Below, in pieces: positions 1 to 8,886 of a stretch of 64,000 nucleotides of DNA. Source of the DNA: a virus; the IMG/VR virus record IMGVR_UViG_3300042453_002354, positions 64,001 to 128,000 of that record. One strand, given 5' to 3'. A program made the translations under genes and the position numbers. Each line of letters starts with the position of its first letter. Positions within the stretch are counted from its first letter, which is position 1. The notes under the pieces were generated by a model. That model searched no databases. It saw nothing but the letters and a program-made list of their open reading frames with translations, and was not told the origin of the DNA.

Positions 1-165
1 TTTCCTTCGATCAAATACATCACCCAAATGAAATACGTGTTGAATGTCGTTCTGCTTCATTCTTGGTATGAAGTCATCACGAAGATATTCAATACAAAAC
101 TGTGAGAAAAATTGAGAATCATTTCTCACACCAATATGCTGATCTGCTATAATTCCTACTTTCAT
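1..165 (-). CDS. gp47: Recombination endonuclease subunit (gp47/SbcD-like), 5' part only, runs off the window
   Basis: Manual translation from ATG at 165 gives MKVGIIADQHIGVRNDS...HVFHLGDVFDRRK, with metallophosphoesterase DxH and GD motifs. It abuts the gp55 stop, matching T4-like gene order. Confidence 0.9.
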   Translation of the reverse strand, partial: MKVGIIADQHIGVRNDSQFFSQFCIEYLRDDFIPRMKQNDIQHVFHLGDVFDRRK

Positions 166-765
166 CTATTCTATCAACTTATTGATCTTTTCTTTACTCT
201 TTGCTTTTTTGGCAAAGTTGTTAGTTTCAAATTGTTCGATATATTTTCTCATATTAATATCTGCATACTCACTGCCATATCTCAAATTGCCGTCAATACC
301 TTCACTGCCCTCAGCATCTCTCAATCCATTTTCAATACTTTTATATTTGATGTATAAATGCTGCTTCTCTTTTTTTATTCTTCTAACAAATGCCCAAGTA
401 ATGATTTGGGTAAAATAAGCAAATGGATTATTACTTTTTTCTGGATCAAAATTATCAATATACAATAAACAGTTCTCTATACCATCTGCTATCATATCAT
501 CTTTAAATGGATAATTAGCGAATCCTGGAGAATTACTAAGTTTATGTGCAATTTGGGTTATCATTAAACCTATTTCATCAGGAACAGGTGGTAAATCTGG
601 TATAGTTGCACGACGATTAGACTTTAATTGTTCTACATAAGGCTTCCGCAATTCGGCAAATTCTTTCATTGCCTCGAAAAATCTTTTATTGTCCACATAA
701 TGAACAACTTCTTTTTTCTTTGTCTTTGGTTTTACAACCCTTTTAATTCTTCTTATTGTCTTCAC
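166..765 (-). CDS. gp55: Late-transcription sigma factor
   Basis: HYVDNK, FANYPFKDDMIADGIENCL and NFDPEKSNNPFAYFTQI..AF.RRIKKEK are gp55 hallmarks. GTG start. Confidence 0.95.
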   Translation of the reverse strand: MKTIRRIKRVVKPKTKKKEVVHYVDNKRFFEAMKEFAELRKPYVEQLKSNRRATIPDLPPVPDEIGLMITQIAHKLSNSPGFANYPFKDDMIADGIENCLLYIDNFDPEKSNNPFAYFTQIITWAFVRRIKKEKQHLYIKYKSIENGLRDAEGSEGIDGNLRYGSEYADINMRKYIEQFETNNFAKKAKSKEKINKLIE

Positions 766-802
766 AAAGATGCCTTAAAAATAGATTAAACTCTATATTG
801 AA

Positions 803-831
803 AGATTACTAAAAATAATCAACAATGTCAA
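803..831 (-). promoter_or_regulatory. Putative sigma70-type promoter upstream of gp55
   Basis: Minus strand reads TTGACA, 17 nt, TAATCT. Confidence 0.45.
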
Positions 832-871
832 CAAAATAAATAAAAGCCAATTGACAGATTTTGAACGTTAT

Positions 872-1034
872 TCTCCTTACCGCTAAAAGGAGATTTTGAA
901 TCATTATGAATACAATAAAATACAGAAAGTATTAGATGATTTGCGACGAAGGAGCAAATCATGTGCGAAGCACACTATAATTAAATACAATAAAATACAA
1001 AACGAAATGACGAACGAAGTGAGGAATGTAGTTT
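872..1034 (+). other. Intergenic cluster of hairpins and direct repeats (candidate origin or ssDNA signal)
   Basis: Hairpin at 872-893; 16-bp direct repeat AATACAATAAAATACA at 909-924 and 984-999; three cGAAg-loop hairpins at 936-962, 962-974 and 1000-1034. Confidence 0.6.
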
Positions 1035-1113
1035 AGAAAGATTGTATATAATTAACACACAAAAAATGCTGTTGTCAAATTTATTTTTCAACAAAATGTC
1101 TAATACCAGACAA

Positions 1114-1524
1114 TTATTGAAAAGTGTCTTCATCATCAAATTTATAGGTATCGAAAAACATCTTTTTGTGGAAATAGTCACTAATATAATATTCAGCATC
1201 ATTATAACTATTAATGTAGAGATCTATATACTCTTTTTTTGGTTTAAAGAATGCCAATACTTTATCTCTAGGTATTAAAGCTACGGTAGAATCTGAAAAA
1301 GGAATCCAGTCCAAAAGCTGTATGTTATAGTGTCCTTCAATTTCGTCGTATTCAGAAGTTAGTAGTTTTGGCGCTCCTACTAAAACAACACTATCTATAT
1401 TTCCCACAACTGCAAATTTTTTCTCTTCTTCGGGAAATACATAGCAAATTAAATCTTCTCTAGTCATCAATTTAATGACTTTAATATTTTCTATTTTGTT
1501 ATTTACTGGTAAATGTTTAGGCAT
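1114..1524 (-). CDS. Conserved T4-like protein downstream of uvsW (Sm/SH3-like fold)
   Basis: IKVIKLMTREDLIC...WIPFSD motif and position typical of environmental T4-like phages. Its start overlaps the uvsW stop. Confidence 0.65.
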   Translation of the reverse strand: MPKHLPVNNKIENIKVIKLMTREDLICYVFPEEEKKFAVVGNIDSVVLVGAPKLLTSEYDEIEGHYNIQLLDWIPFSDSTVALIPRDKVLAFFKPKKEYIDLYINSYNDAEYYISDYFHKKMFFDTYKFDDEDTFQ

Positions 1525-2978
1525 TAGAAAACCACTTTATGTATTTTGTAATCAAATTTTTCACTATCGTAAACTTTAGCTCTTTCCAAGAAATGCTTCA
1601 ATGCATAATTTTTTCTATTTTTATAAGAAAAATCATCTACTATGTCATATAAGTTGGCTTTATTTGAGTAATCGCCTATTCTTAAAACTCTTCCAATAGA
1701 TTGCAAAGATCTAATTCTCGATTTTGTAGGCGAAACAAAAATAATATTATCTAAGTTTTTAATATTAACACCAGTAGAAAAAACTTTTACAGAAGCCACA
1801 ATAATTGAACCTCTTTCATTTTCAACTTTTTTTCTAATCTCTTCTCTTTCTTCTGAAGGTGTTCCACCATATACAAAATATACATTTCTGTTTTTAATTG
1901 ACTTTTCAATCATAGAATGTAAAATCTTGCCGTGGTCATCAACAAATTCAAAAAGAATCAAAGTAGTGTCATTTAATGTTTTTGTTAAGTTTGTTATAAA
2001 TCTATTTCTTCTTTCGTGTTTAATTATGTATTTAACCTCCTCATCATATGTAGTTTCTTTCATTAACTTGCATTCATATTCAGGGTATTTTAAGCATATA
2101 CAGTGTATGCTTAGTTTTGCCAAAAAATTATTATCAATTAACTCTTTTGTGGAAATAACAGAAAATACCGGACCAAGGTATCCTTCTAGTATCAATTGAT
2201 TAACTTTTGTTCCATCTAAAGTTCCTGTCGTTCCTATTTTAATTTTAGTGTTTGAAGTTTTTTTCAATATTGAAGTTATAGAAGCACTTTTTCCTAAATG
2301 TGCTTCATCACAAATGATAACGTCAAATTGTTCAAACCAAACTTTTGGTAATTTATAGAGAGATTGCCAAGTACCTACTATTATATTTTTATTTGTATTT
2401 TTATCTTGTCCGCCATAAACTAAATGTATCTCACGATCAGTATTAAAGGTTTTATCGTTCACTGCATAGTCCGAAAAATCACTTTTCATTTGGTGTATGA
2501 GTGAAAGAGTAGGAACGATTATTAAAGTTTTGGTATTGAACCATCGGGTCAAAGTGTATATGGTAGCTGATTTACCTGAACCTGTTGGTGATAGTAATAA
2601 AGTTCTATTATTTTCGATTACGTGCTTAATACCTTTTATTTGGTAATCTCTTAGTTCAAATGGCAGCTTCAAATTATCAATAAATTCATTGAACTTGTCC
2701 AGATTGACTTCAATGCTTGAATCCGATTCATAGTCGAGAGTATAATCACGTTCCTTACAAAACTGTTTAAGGTAGTTCAAAAGGCCTATCGGCAAGGTGC
2801 AGTCCATCATATTGTAGAGACGAACATAACCATCCCACAATCTATTTTTGTAAGATGGTGTGAATTGAAATCCTTCTTGTCGGAATTTAAAATAGTCGGA
2901 TAGCTCTTGGTGTATGTACCCTTCAGTACGTAACCTAAAAAATACTTCATCAATTTTTTCGAGTTGTATTTTAGCCAT
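1524..2978 (-). CDS. uvsW: UvsW SF2 DNA helicase
   Basis: LRDYQ, SPTGSGKS, DEAH, GTTGT and QSIGRVLR motifs. Confidence 0.96.
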   Translation of the reverse strand: MAKIQLEKIDEVFFRLRTEGYIHQELSDYFKFRQEGFQFTPSYKNRLWDGYVRLYNMMDCTLPIGLLNYLKQFCKERDYTLDYESDSSIEVNLDKFNEFIDNLKLPFELRDYQIKGIKHVIENNRTLLLSPTGSGKSATIYTLTRWFNTKTLIIVPTLSLIHQMKSDFSDYAVNDKTFNTDREIHLVYGGQDKNTNKNIIVGTWQSLYKLPKVWFEQFDVIICDEAHLGKSASITSILKKTSNTKIKIGTTGTLDGTKVNQLILEGYLGPVFSVISTKELIDNNFLAKLSIHCICLKYPEYECKLMKETTYDEEVKYIIKHERRNRFITNLTKTLNDTTLILFEFVDDHGKILHSMIEKSIKNRNVYFVYGGTPSEEREEIRKKVENERGSIIVASVKVFSTGVNIKNLDNIIFVSPTKSRIRSLQSIGRVLRIGDYSNKANLYDIVDDFSYKNRKNYALKHFLERAKVYDSEKFDYKIHKVVF

Positions 2979-2984
2979 ATGCTA

Positions 2985-2992
2985 TATTTATA
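2985..2992 (-). promoter_or_regulatory. T4-type late promoter TATAAATA (uvsW)
   Basis: Exact gp55 consensus 6 nt upstream of the uvsW ATG. Confidence 0.7.
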
Positions 2993-3006
2993 GCACATAT
3001 TAGAAG

Positions 3007-3456
3007 CTAACTTCCTTGGCTAAACTTGATGAATTCTATGGCGTTTCTTATATTCCAGGTTCTTTGTTTTAAGTTGTCGAGAATTGAATGTAAGAAATCG
3101 ATTTTTTCTTTTTGATAGGCAATCTTCTGATTGGATTCTATAATTTTTTTGTCTGACTGTAAATACACGTCAATGTCAGATTTTAATACTCTTTTATCAA
3201 AACTATCTAGTCCCAGTTCTCTTAATTCTTCAGGAGAAATTTTTCCATTGTAGTATTCCCATCGAACTTTATAAAGAAGTGAATGATCACTTTCCATCTT
3301 CTTTAGTAGAAGTTTTTCTCTAGTGTATATTTTATAATATTTGTTGTGTAATTCTGGAATCTTTAGACTTTCTGTGGCTAGATCGGAACGATCAACCTTA
3401 CAATCATTACTCCATAATTCTTCAATTTTGTCTATTTCCATATTTTTATAGATCAT
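3007..3456 (-). CDS. uvsY: UvsY recombination mediator
   Basis: W..D.K.D...L..ESLKIP.LH.KY and R.WNI.NAIEF.KF motifs; lies between gp3 and uvsW. Confidence 0.92.
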   Translation of the reverse strand: MIYKNMEIDKIEELWSNDCKVDRSDLATESLKIPELHNKYYKIYTREKLLLKKMESDHSLLYKVRWEYYNGKISPEELRELGLDSFDKRVLKSDIDVYLQSDKKIIESNQKIAYQKEKIDFLHSILDNLKQRTWNIRNAIEFIKFSQGS

Positions 3457-4000
3457 CAGATATTGTATAATAACTATATCTGAAAGATACTACGGATGTC
3501 AAGAGAATAGTTTCGGAATTTGAAGCATCAATGTCAATACCTGATAAGCTAATAGGAAATGCGTCCACAAAAGTGTATCGTAAAAGTGGATTACCCTGAC
3601 TACTGGAAATTATTAAATCTATATTTGAGTAAATATTTCCTTGTCCAAATGGCCTTTGTAATGGATATGTTTTTCCTGTAATATCTTTGTCTAATCCTGA
3701 TTTAAGTTTTACATACTGTTCAAAGTTTTGAGGAAAATTTAATCCGTGTATCCACATGTAAAAGTCGTACCAGTTTTTTAAACCCTCTTGTACTAAAAAG
3801 GTCATTTCTAGATTTGAATATTCTAAACTAGTGCCTGGCAATTGTATGGCATTGAATAAGTTTTCTTGTGTTACTACGCCAGAAACTATTTCTGGGATAT
3901 TTACTTTTTGAATGAAGAATGAGCTTTCTTGCAATCTTGGAATGACAACAGCAAATGTCAATCCGTTTTGGAAGTTTTTAGTTGTTAGACTGCCTCTCAT
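3446..4000 (-). CDS. gp3: Tail completion / tube terminator protein
   Basis: FFIQKVNIP, LEY..L..TFLV.E.L.NW and F.DAFPISLS motifs; synteny after gp23. Confidence 0.85.
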   Translation of the reverse strand: MRGSLTTKNFQNGLTFAVVIPRLQESSFFIQKVNIPEIVSGVVTQENLFNAIQLPGTSLEYSNLEMTFLVQEGLKNWYDFYMWIHGLNFPQNFEQYVKLKSGLDKDITGKTYPLQRPFGQGNIYSNIDLIISSSQGNPLLRYTFVDAFPISLSGIDIDASNSETILLTSVVSFRYSYYTISDDL

Positions 4001-4046
4001 ATATTTTTTTATTTTATAATATTATCTGTGTCAATTATTTATGCAC

Positions 4047-4083
4047 AAAAAAAATGAGAGCGATATTTCTACCGCTCTCATTT
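4047..4083 (-). terminator. Rho-independent terminator after gp23
   Basis: Stem AAATGAGAGCG/CGCTCTCATTT followed by a U-run on the minus strand. Confidence 0.8.
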
Positions 4084-4107
4084 ACTAATCACTCGATAAT
4101 CAGGATA

Positions 4108-5424
4108 TTACAGAGAAGTAATAGCCATCTTACGGAAGAACTCGTTAGAGTTAGCAACGATACTACCGTTACTATTACCAGCAAAGTTGCTAAATGGATG
4201 AGCAACGATACCATAACGAGTCTTGAACGCAATCTTTGGTTGGAATTGGTTCTGATCCACAGCCCTCATCATTTGGAGAGGAACATAAGGACAGTAGAAC
4301 AATCCAGCATCATAAGGATTTGCACCCTTATAACCAACAACCAAGAAGTTTGAACCTACAACATAAGGATCAATATAAACCTTGAAACGTCCATTGAGAA
4401 CACCAACAAAAGTATCACCAGTGTCATCAACGTTCAGGTTATCTTTGAGGTTTGTACCATAGTCAAGAAGTCCAGCGGACGAAAGGGCCGAAGCAACGTC
4501 CGAAGTACAAACGATCCAGTTACCACGACCACGACGAGTTCTCTTGGCAATTGTGTTTGCTTCTTTTTCAAGATGGAACATCAAACCTTTGAACTTTTCA
4601 ACTAACCAACGACCATCGGTGTCATTGTCAAGATCAATAGTTCCAGGAACTGAAGTATAAGTAGCACCAGGAACAGCCGATACGTAAATGGTACGGATGA
4701 ATTCACGGTTGATTTCAGCAAGAATTTCACCAGAAAGAATGTTTGCCAATTCGCTCTCGGCATCCAATCCATGAACCGCACGAAGATCATCCGCAAGTTC
4801 TGTGGTGTATTCAGCTTTAAGAGCACGAGTCTTAGCTTCCACTGTGAGCTTATCAATGCTGAAAGCCATTTGTGGAATTATGTTATCTTCACCCTGTGCT
4901 GTTGGCATCGCAGTACCAACATCTGCCATTGTGATGGCCAGAGGATCAAGAGTTGCATTATGTGTTCCAGTACCCGAGAAATCTGTGTCTGCTTCAAAGT
5001 GAAGTGCTTCGGAACCCCCTTGTGTACTATACTTGCTTTTAAGCGCAAATATCAGTCCTGTAGGTGCGTTCATTGGCTGAACACCAGCAACATCGAATGC
5101 CATAAGACGTGGAAGAACACGACGAACGAGAGAAATAAGAACAGGATCATAACCCTTCAAGTTAGGGTTAGCGTTTGGAAATCCACCAGTTGAGTTCACT
5201 GCTGGAGCCTCATTCAACATTCTGGCTTCATTCAATGCACCCTCGGAGGAATAACCACCGTTGACCAATTTCTTGTTTTCAATCGCTTGGTTTTCAAGAA
5301 CAACCGACATGGCCATTCTCTTGTAACGATCTTTGACAGGAATCACTCCCGATTCGTTGAGGTCGAGAACCCTCTCCCACTTTTTCATCAGCTTGGGAAT
5401 GCTGACTTGTGTACTCAAAATCAT
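4108..5424 (-). CDS. gp23: Major capsid protein
   Basis: DPVLISLVRR, GVQPM..PTGLIFA, EAKTRALKAEYT.ELA.DL.AVHGLDAE.EL, YCPYVPLQM and FQPKIAFKTRYG; AGGAG RBS. Confidence 0.98.
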   Translation of the reverse strand: MILSTQVSIPKLMKKWERVLDLNESGVIPVKDRYKRMAMSVVLENQAIENKKLVNGGYSSEGALNEARMLNEAPAVNSTGGFPNANPNLKGYDPVLISLVRRVLPRLMAFDVAGVQPMNAPTGLIFALKSKYSTQGGSEALHFEADTDFSGTGTHNATLDPLAITMADVGTAMPTAQGEDNIIPQMAFSIDKLTVEAKTRALKAEYTTELADDLRAVHGLDAESELANILSGEILAEINREFIRTIYVSAVPGATYTSVPGTIDLDNDTDGRWLVEKFKGLMFHLEKEANTIAKRTRRGRGNWIVCTSDVASALSSAGLLDYGTNLKDNLNVDDTGDTFVGVLNGRFKVYIDPYVVGSNFLVVGYKGANPYDAGLFYCPYVPLQMMRAVDQNQFQPKIAFKTRYGIVAHPFSNFAGNSNGSIVANSNEFFRKMAITSL

Positions 5425-5468
5425 TTTTTCTTAACTCCTAAGTTATTTTTAAGTTAATTCATACAAAT

Positions 5469-5476
5469 TATTTATA
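5469..5476 (-). promoter_or_regulatory. Late promoter TATAAATA (gp23)
   Basis: Exact consensus overlapping the gp22 stop. Confidence 0.8.
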
Positions 5477-6884
5477 AATTTCTTTTTTTGAAAGCATCAA
5501 TATATTGTTCGACCTCATAATTTGACTCGCCAGTTTGTTCTGTCAAGTTCATGCCACTGGTTATCATTCTTTTATTTGCAGTTTTGTTTCCACCCTTTGC
5601 AAAAAACGACTTTTTAATTGTTAGAACTTTTTCTGCAAAATCCTTTTTATTTGTAAAGGCCAAATTTTCCGTTAAGGACACTAATCTTTCGCTATCGGAA
5701 GATGTCAAACCTTCACAAGCCCTTTTGACGATTAAACTCTTTGAAGTTTCCTTTAGAGTCTTTGTCAAATGAATATTCTTTTTGGTTTGTTCATTCAGTC
5801 TATTTTCCAATTCTTTGGTTCTCTTAGTGAGACCTTTTACAAGATCTTTCTTGTTCTTTGGAACTTCAACATAATGCTTTTCAAAGAGATCTTTCATTCC
5901 GGACATAAAGTTTTCTGCTATTCTCGATTCAATTGAACGATCAACAGCTACTTTATTTTCTTTGAGCCATTCCGAAACTGCATAATCCAGATATGAAGAA
6001 AGTTTATTAACAATCCTATCTTCTTTCAACTTGCTCTGCTTTTTGTATGCAATTTTATACGCTTCTCTGATCTTTTCTCTTTCCGATGCAATTTTTTCTC
6101 TGACAACAGCTTCAAAAATTGTGGCGGTTTTTCTCTTGAATCCTTCGGAAAGTTTTTGACCCTTGAATAGAGTGTTTAGACTTTCATGCATTTCTTTCTT
6201 CTCATCTTCTTCGGAGCCATATGCTTCCTTCATTTCTTCTTCGTCTTCGTGACTAGATTCATGCATTTCTTTCTTTTCATCTTCTTCGGAGCCATATGCT
6301 TCCTTCATTTCTTCTTCGTGATCTTCTTCCTCTTCTTCTTCTTTCATTTCCTCTTCGGATTCTTCTTTTAAGGATTTGAATTTCTTATTACGCTTCTTGA
6401 TCGAGGTAAGAGCTTCGTTGACGAATTTTTCCATATCTTCTTCGTCTTCTTCCTCTTCTTCTTCTTCTTTTTCTTCTTCTTCTTTTAGTCCTGGAACTTC
6501 TGGATCGGGTAATATTTGATCACTTCCAAGATCTAAATCGGCTTCATCTCTTTCCTCTTCGCCACCAATAAGTTTTAGAAGTTCTTCATCCGGAACCTCG
6601 TCCATAAAACCCAAATCGTGTACAGGAAGTTTTTCGTTATAATCAGAATCGGAAAACTCTTCTTCTAAATCTTCTTCCTCTTCTTCGTCTTCTTCCTCTT
6701 CGGAGAGCTTATGCATCTCTTCTTCTTCATCTTCTTCTTCGGAAAGTTCATCCTTTTCCATATCTTCTTCCTCTTCCTCCATAAAAGAAGATAGTTCACC
6801 TTCAGGCACTTGTTTCTTATGGCCCAAATCATGAACTGGTAAAGAAATTGCTTCTTGTATCAGTTTGTTCAATTTGCTAGACAT
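5472..6884 (-). CDS. gp22: Prohead core scaffold protein with long acidic N-terminal extension
   Basis: C-terminal half has LSEGFK.K.ATIFEA.V, YLDY...EW..EN..A and F..G.K.LF..HY; directly upstream of gp23. Confidence 0.92.
   Translation of the reverse strand: MSSKLNKLIQEAISLPVHDLGHKKQVPEGELSSFMEEEEEDMEKDELSEEEDEEEEMHKLSEEEEDEEEEEDLEEEFSDSDYNEKLPVHDLGFMDEVPDEELLKLIGGEEERDEADLDLGSDQILPDPEVPGLKEEEEKEEEEEEEDEEDMEKFVNEALTSIKKRNKKFKSLKEESEEEMKEEEEEEDHEEEMKEAYGSEEDEKKEMHESSHEDEEEMKEAYGSEEDEKKEMHESLNTLFKGQKLSEGFKRKTATIFEAVVREKIASEREKIREAYKIAYKKQSKLKEDRIVNKLSSYLDYAVSEWLKENKVAVDRSIESRIAENFMSGMKDLFEKHYVEVPKNKKDLVKGLTKRTKELENRLNEQTKKNIHLTKTLKETSKSLIVKRACEGLTSSDSERLVSLTENLAFTNKKDFAEKVLTIKKSFFAKGGNKTANKRMITSGMNLTEQTGESNYEVEQYIDAFKKRNL
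6184..6319. repeat. Direct repeat of about 61 bp (75-nt period) in gp22
   Basis: 6184-6244 vs 6259-6319, one mismatch; each copy encodes EEEMKEAYGSEEDEKKEMHE. Confidence 0.9.
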
Positions 6885-6936
6885 ATTCTAATCTCCTAAA
6901 CTTGGAAAATATATTCTTCATATATTTAGTAAAAAA

Positions 6937-7293
6937 TTATTCTTCACGAACTCTTAAAAATAAATCTTCTTCTAATCTAGATCCATCATCAAAATTCGCT
7001 AAGATTGTTATCTTATATTCATAATCAGATATACCACCATACAAACGAAATCTAACGATTTGGCCACAACTACAATTATCAGGATCGGTCAAAACGACAC
7101 CTGTACTAGATCTAAGAATTTGCGTTGTTGCAGCACTTTGATCATTAGGTATCTTTCTAGGCCATTTAATCGCACTAGCCGTAGCAGAAACCAAACTCAT
7201 CGAGGCAAGTGGTGTGGCATTACTAAAGTCCACATCAATGTCAAACTCTTCTGAAGGTTGTTTTTGTAAATTTAATCTTCTGTCTACTGCCAT
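6937..7293 (-). CDS. Putative fibre-tail adaptor-like virion protein
   Basis: N-terminal KQPSE..D.D.DF and C-terminal vrfrLyGG....YKIT.......G..LE....l.V.E resemble phage fibre-adaptor proteins (recognition from memory). Confidence 0.55.
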   Translation of the reverse strand: MAVDRRLNLQKQPSEEFDIDVDFSNATPLASMSLVSATASAIKWPRKIPNDQSAATTQILRSSTGVVLTDPDNCSCGQIVRFRLYGGISDYEYKITILANFDDGSRLEEDLFLRVREE

Positions 7294-7373
7294 ATTAGAC
7301 TCTATATTGTTTTGTTCAATTTATTATGTTAATATAAAAGAAAGTCTAGTATATTTATCACTATGGATTTTTT

Positions 7374-8363
7374 ATGAAAAAAATACTAATAATTGCTATG
7401 TTATTAATGTGCAATCTGGCATATGCAAAACCTCAGTATAGAGGATTTATGCTAGGGGATACGAGTTTACAAAGTTTATCCGATGCTAAAGCATTGGGCG
7501 TTAATATATTCAGACATCAGATTTTCGTTTCTCATATGAATGAACAAAACAAAGAATCTGTAATGAATGATGTATTCACGGTTTTAGATCCGATAGTAAA
7601 TTTTTGTTTGACTAATAATGTTAAATTGGTAATTGATCTACATCAACCGCCTGGAGGTATGAAACAAATCTCTCACAACAGATCCGATTCGGCGCATTTT
7701 TGGGACAGGAAACTTCAAAATTTAGTTATTTTCTTTTGGAAAAGAATATCAGAAAGATATAGTAATAATTCCGTATTATATGGATATGATTTATTAAATG
7801 AACCGGCATACCGATTACAACAGTGTAAACATTGCTATACGCTGAACGGATTATATCTAAAACTAAAAAAGGAAATTCGTAAATTTGACACACAAACTGA
7901 TATAATTTTAGAACCATCATTTGGCAAAAGTTCTACTTTGAAGTTTTTAAAACCATTAAAGGATGATAGAGTAATCTATAGTATACATTGGTACTCGCCA
8001 ATGAAAATAACACATCAAACACTTTTTAATTTTTCAGAACTGATTGAATATCCAAATAAAGAATACAATAAAAATGTATTAAAATCTGAAATGAGAACGG
8101 CAATAAATTTTCAGAAAAGATATAACGCCAGAATGTATATCGGCGAGTTTAGTTGTATTAGATGGGCAAAGAATTCCTCCGCAAAATTTTATATTAGGGA
8201 TGTAATATCAATCTTTGAAAAATTAGGATGGGATTGGTCTTATCACGCTTGGCGTGAATATGATGGATGGTCGCCGGAACACAATTCTGATATGAATGAT
8301 AAAAGTTGGAAATCAACAACGCCAGTATTGGAAATACTAAAAAAGCATTTTTCGCTGAACTAA
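7374..8363 (+). CDS. Secreted glycoside hydrolase family 5 (cellulase-like)
   Basis: Signal peptide MKKILIIAMLLMCNLAYA; LVIDLHQ, GYDLLNEP (acid/base), YSIHWY, MYIGEF (nucleophile) and W.YHAW. Confidence 0.9.
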   Translation: MKKILIIAMLLMCNLAYAKPQYRGFMLGDTSLQSLSDAKALGVNIFRHQIFVSHMNEQNKESVMNDVFTVLDPIVNFCLTNNVKLVIDLHQPPGGMKQISHNRSDSAHFWDRKLQNLVIFFWKRISERYSNNSVLYGYDLLNEPAYRLQQCKHCYTLNGLYLKLKKEIRKFDTQTDIILEPSFGKSSTLKFLKPLKDDRVIYSIHWYSPMKITHQTLFNFSELIEYPNKEYNKNVLKSEMRTAINFQKRYNARMYIGEFSCIRWAKNSSAKFYIRDVISIFEKLGWDWSYHAWREYDGWSPEHNSDMNDKSWKSTTPVLEILKKHFSLN

Positions 8364-8367
8364 TAAA

Positions 8368-8393
8368 TCGTCCACAGAATATACTGTGGACGA
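8368..8393. terminator. Bidirectional terminator-like hairpin between convergent genes
   Basis: TCGTCCACAG-aatata-CTGTGGACGA, perfect 10-bp stem. Confidence 0.7.
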
Positions 8394-8397
8394 AGTA

Positions 8398-8805
8398 TTA
8401 CAACTTAAATATCTTATTGCTTCCGTTGTCCCATTGTACTGTAATATCACCACCATTTGGCGTAACTGGAAGTCCTGAAGCTATGTCAATATATGCTATC
8501 AGTCTCGATGAAGCCTCTACACCAGTATCCTGCCATATTACCAAGGCCTCGGAAACATCTCCCGTAACTGAAGTGAATAGAACATCAGCAGCATCAGCAA
8601 CACCAGAAGCGGCCGTCTTCGATGATAAATTACCAGAAGATGCGATTCTAGCCGCTAAAGGAACTGAACTGTAGAATTGATCAGTGCTTAGGTTTGCGGT
8701 ATAATCATTGGTATCGACGAGAGTGACTTTTATATTATCATTCAGCCAATCTATATCACCAGTTAAAAAGGCTTCTCTACCTTTGTCGTAAAGTGCATTT
8801 GCCAT
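8398..8805 (-). CDS. Small virion fibre subunit-like protein
   Basis: MANALYDKGREAFL.G.IDW..D.IKV.LVD...ADAADV.F...LIAYID...LPVTPNGGDITVQW...IFKL is a widespread phage structural family; preceded by a late promoter. Confidence 0.7.
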   Translation of the reverse strand: MANALYDKGREAFLTGDIDWLNDNIKVTLVDTNDYTANLSTDQFYSSVPLAARIASSGNLSSKTAASGVADAADVLFTSVTGDVSEALVIWQDTGVEASSRLIAYIDIASGLPVTPNGGDITVQWDNGSNKIFKL

Positions 8806-8864
8806 ATTATTTAATCCTTATAGAAAATTTAATAAAAAAATTGCTCAGAGAATTTCATTCTCTA

Positions 8865-8872
8865 TATTTATA
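8865..8872 (-). promoter_or_regulatory. Late promoter TATAAATA
   Basis: Exact consensus upstream of 8398..8805. Confidence 0.7.
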
Positions 8873-8886
8873 CTCAATAAAATTGA

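Noticed and set aside
981-1278. Short ORFs 981..1202 and 1042..1278
   Set aside because: They overlap a real gene and the hairpin region and show no coding signature.
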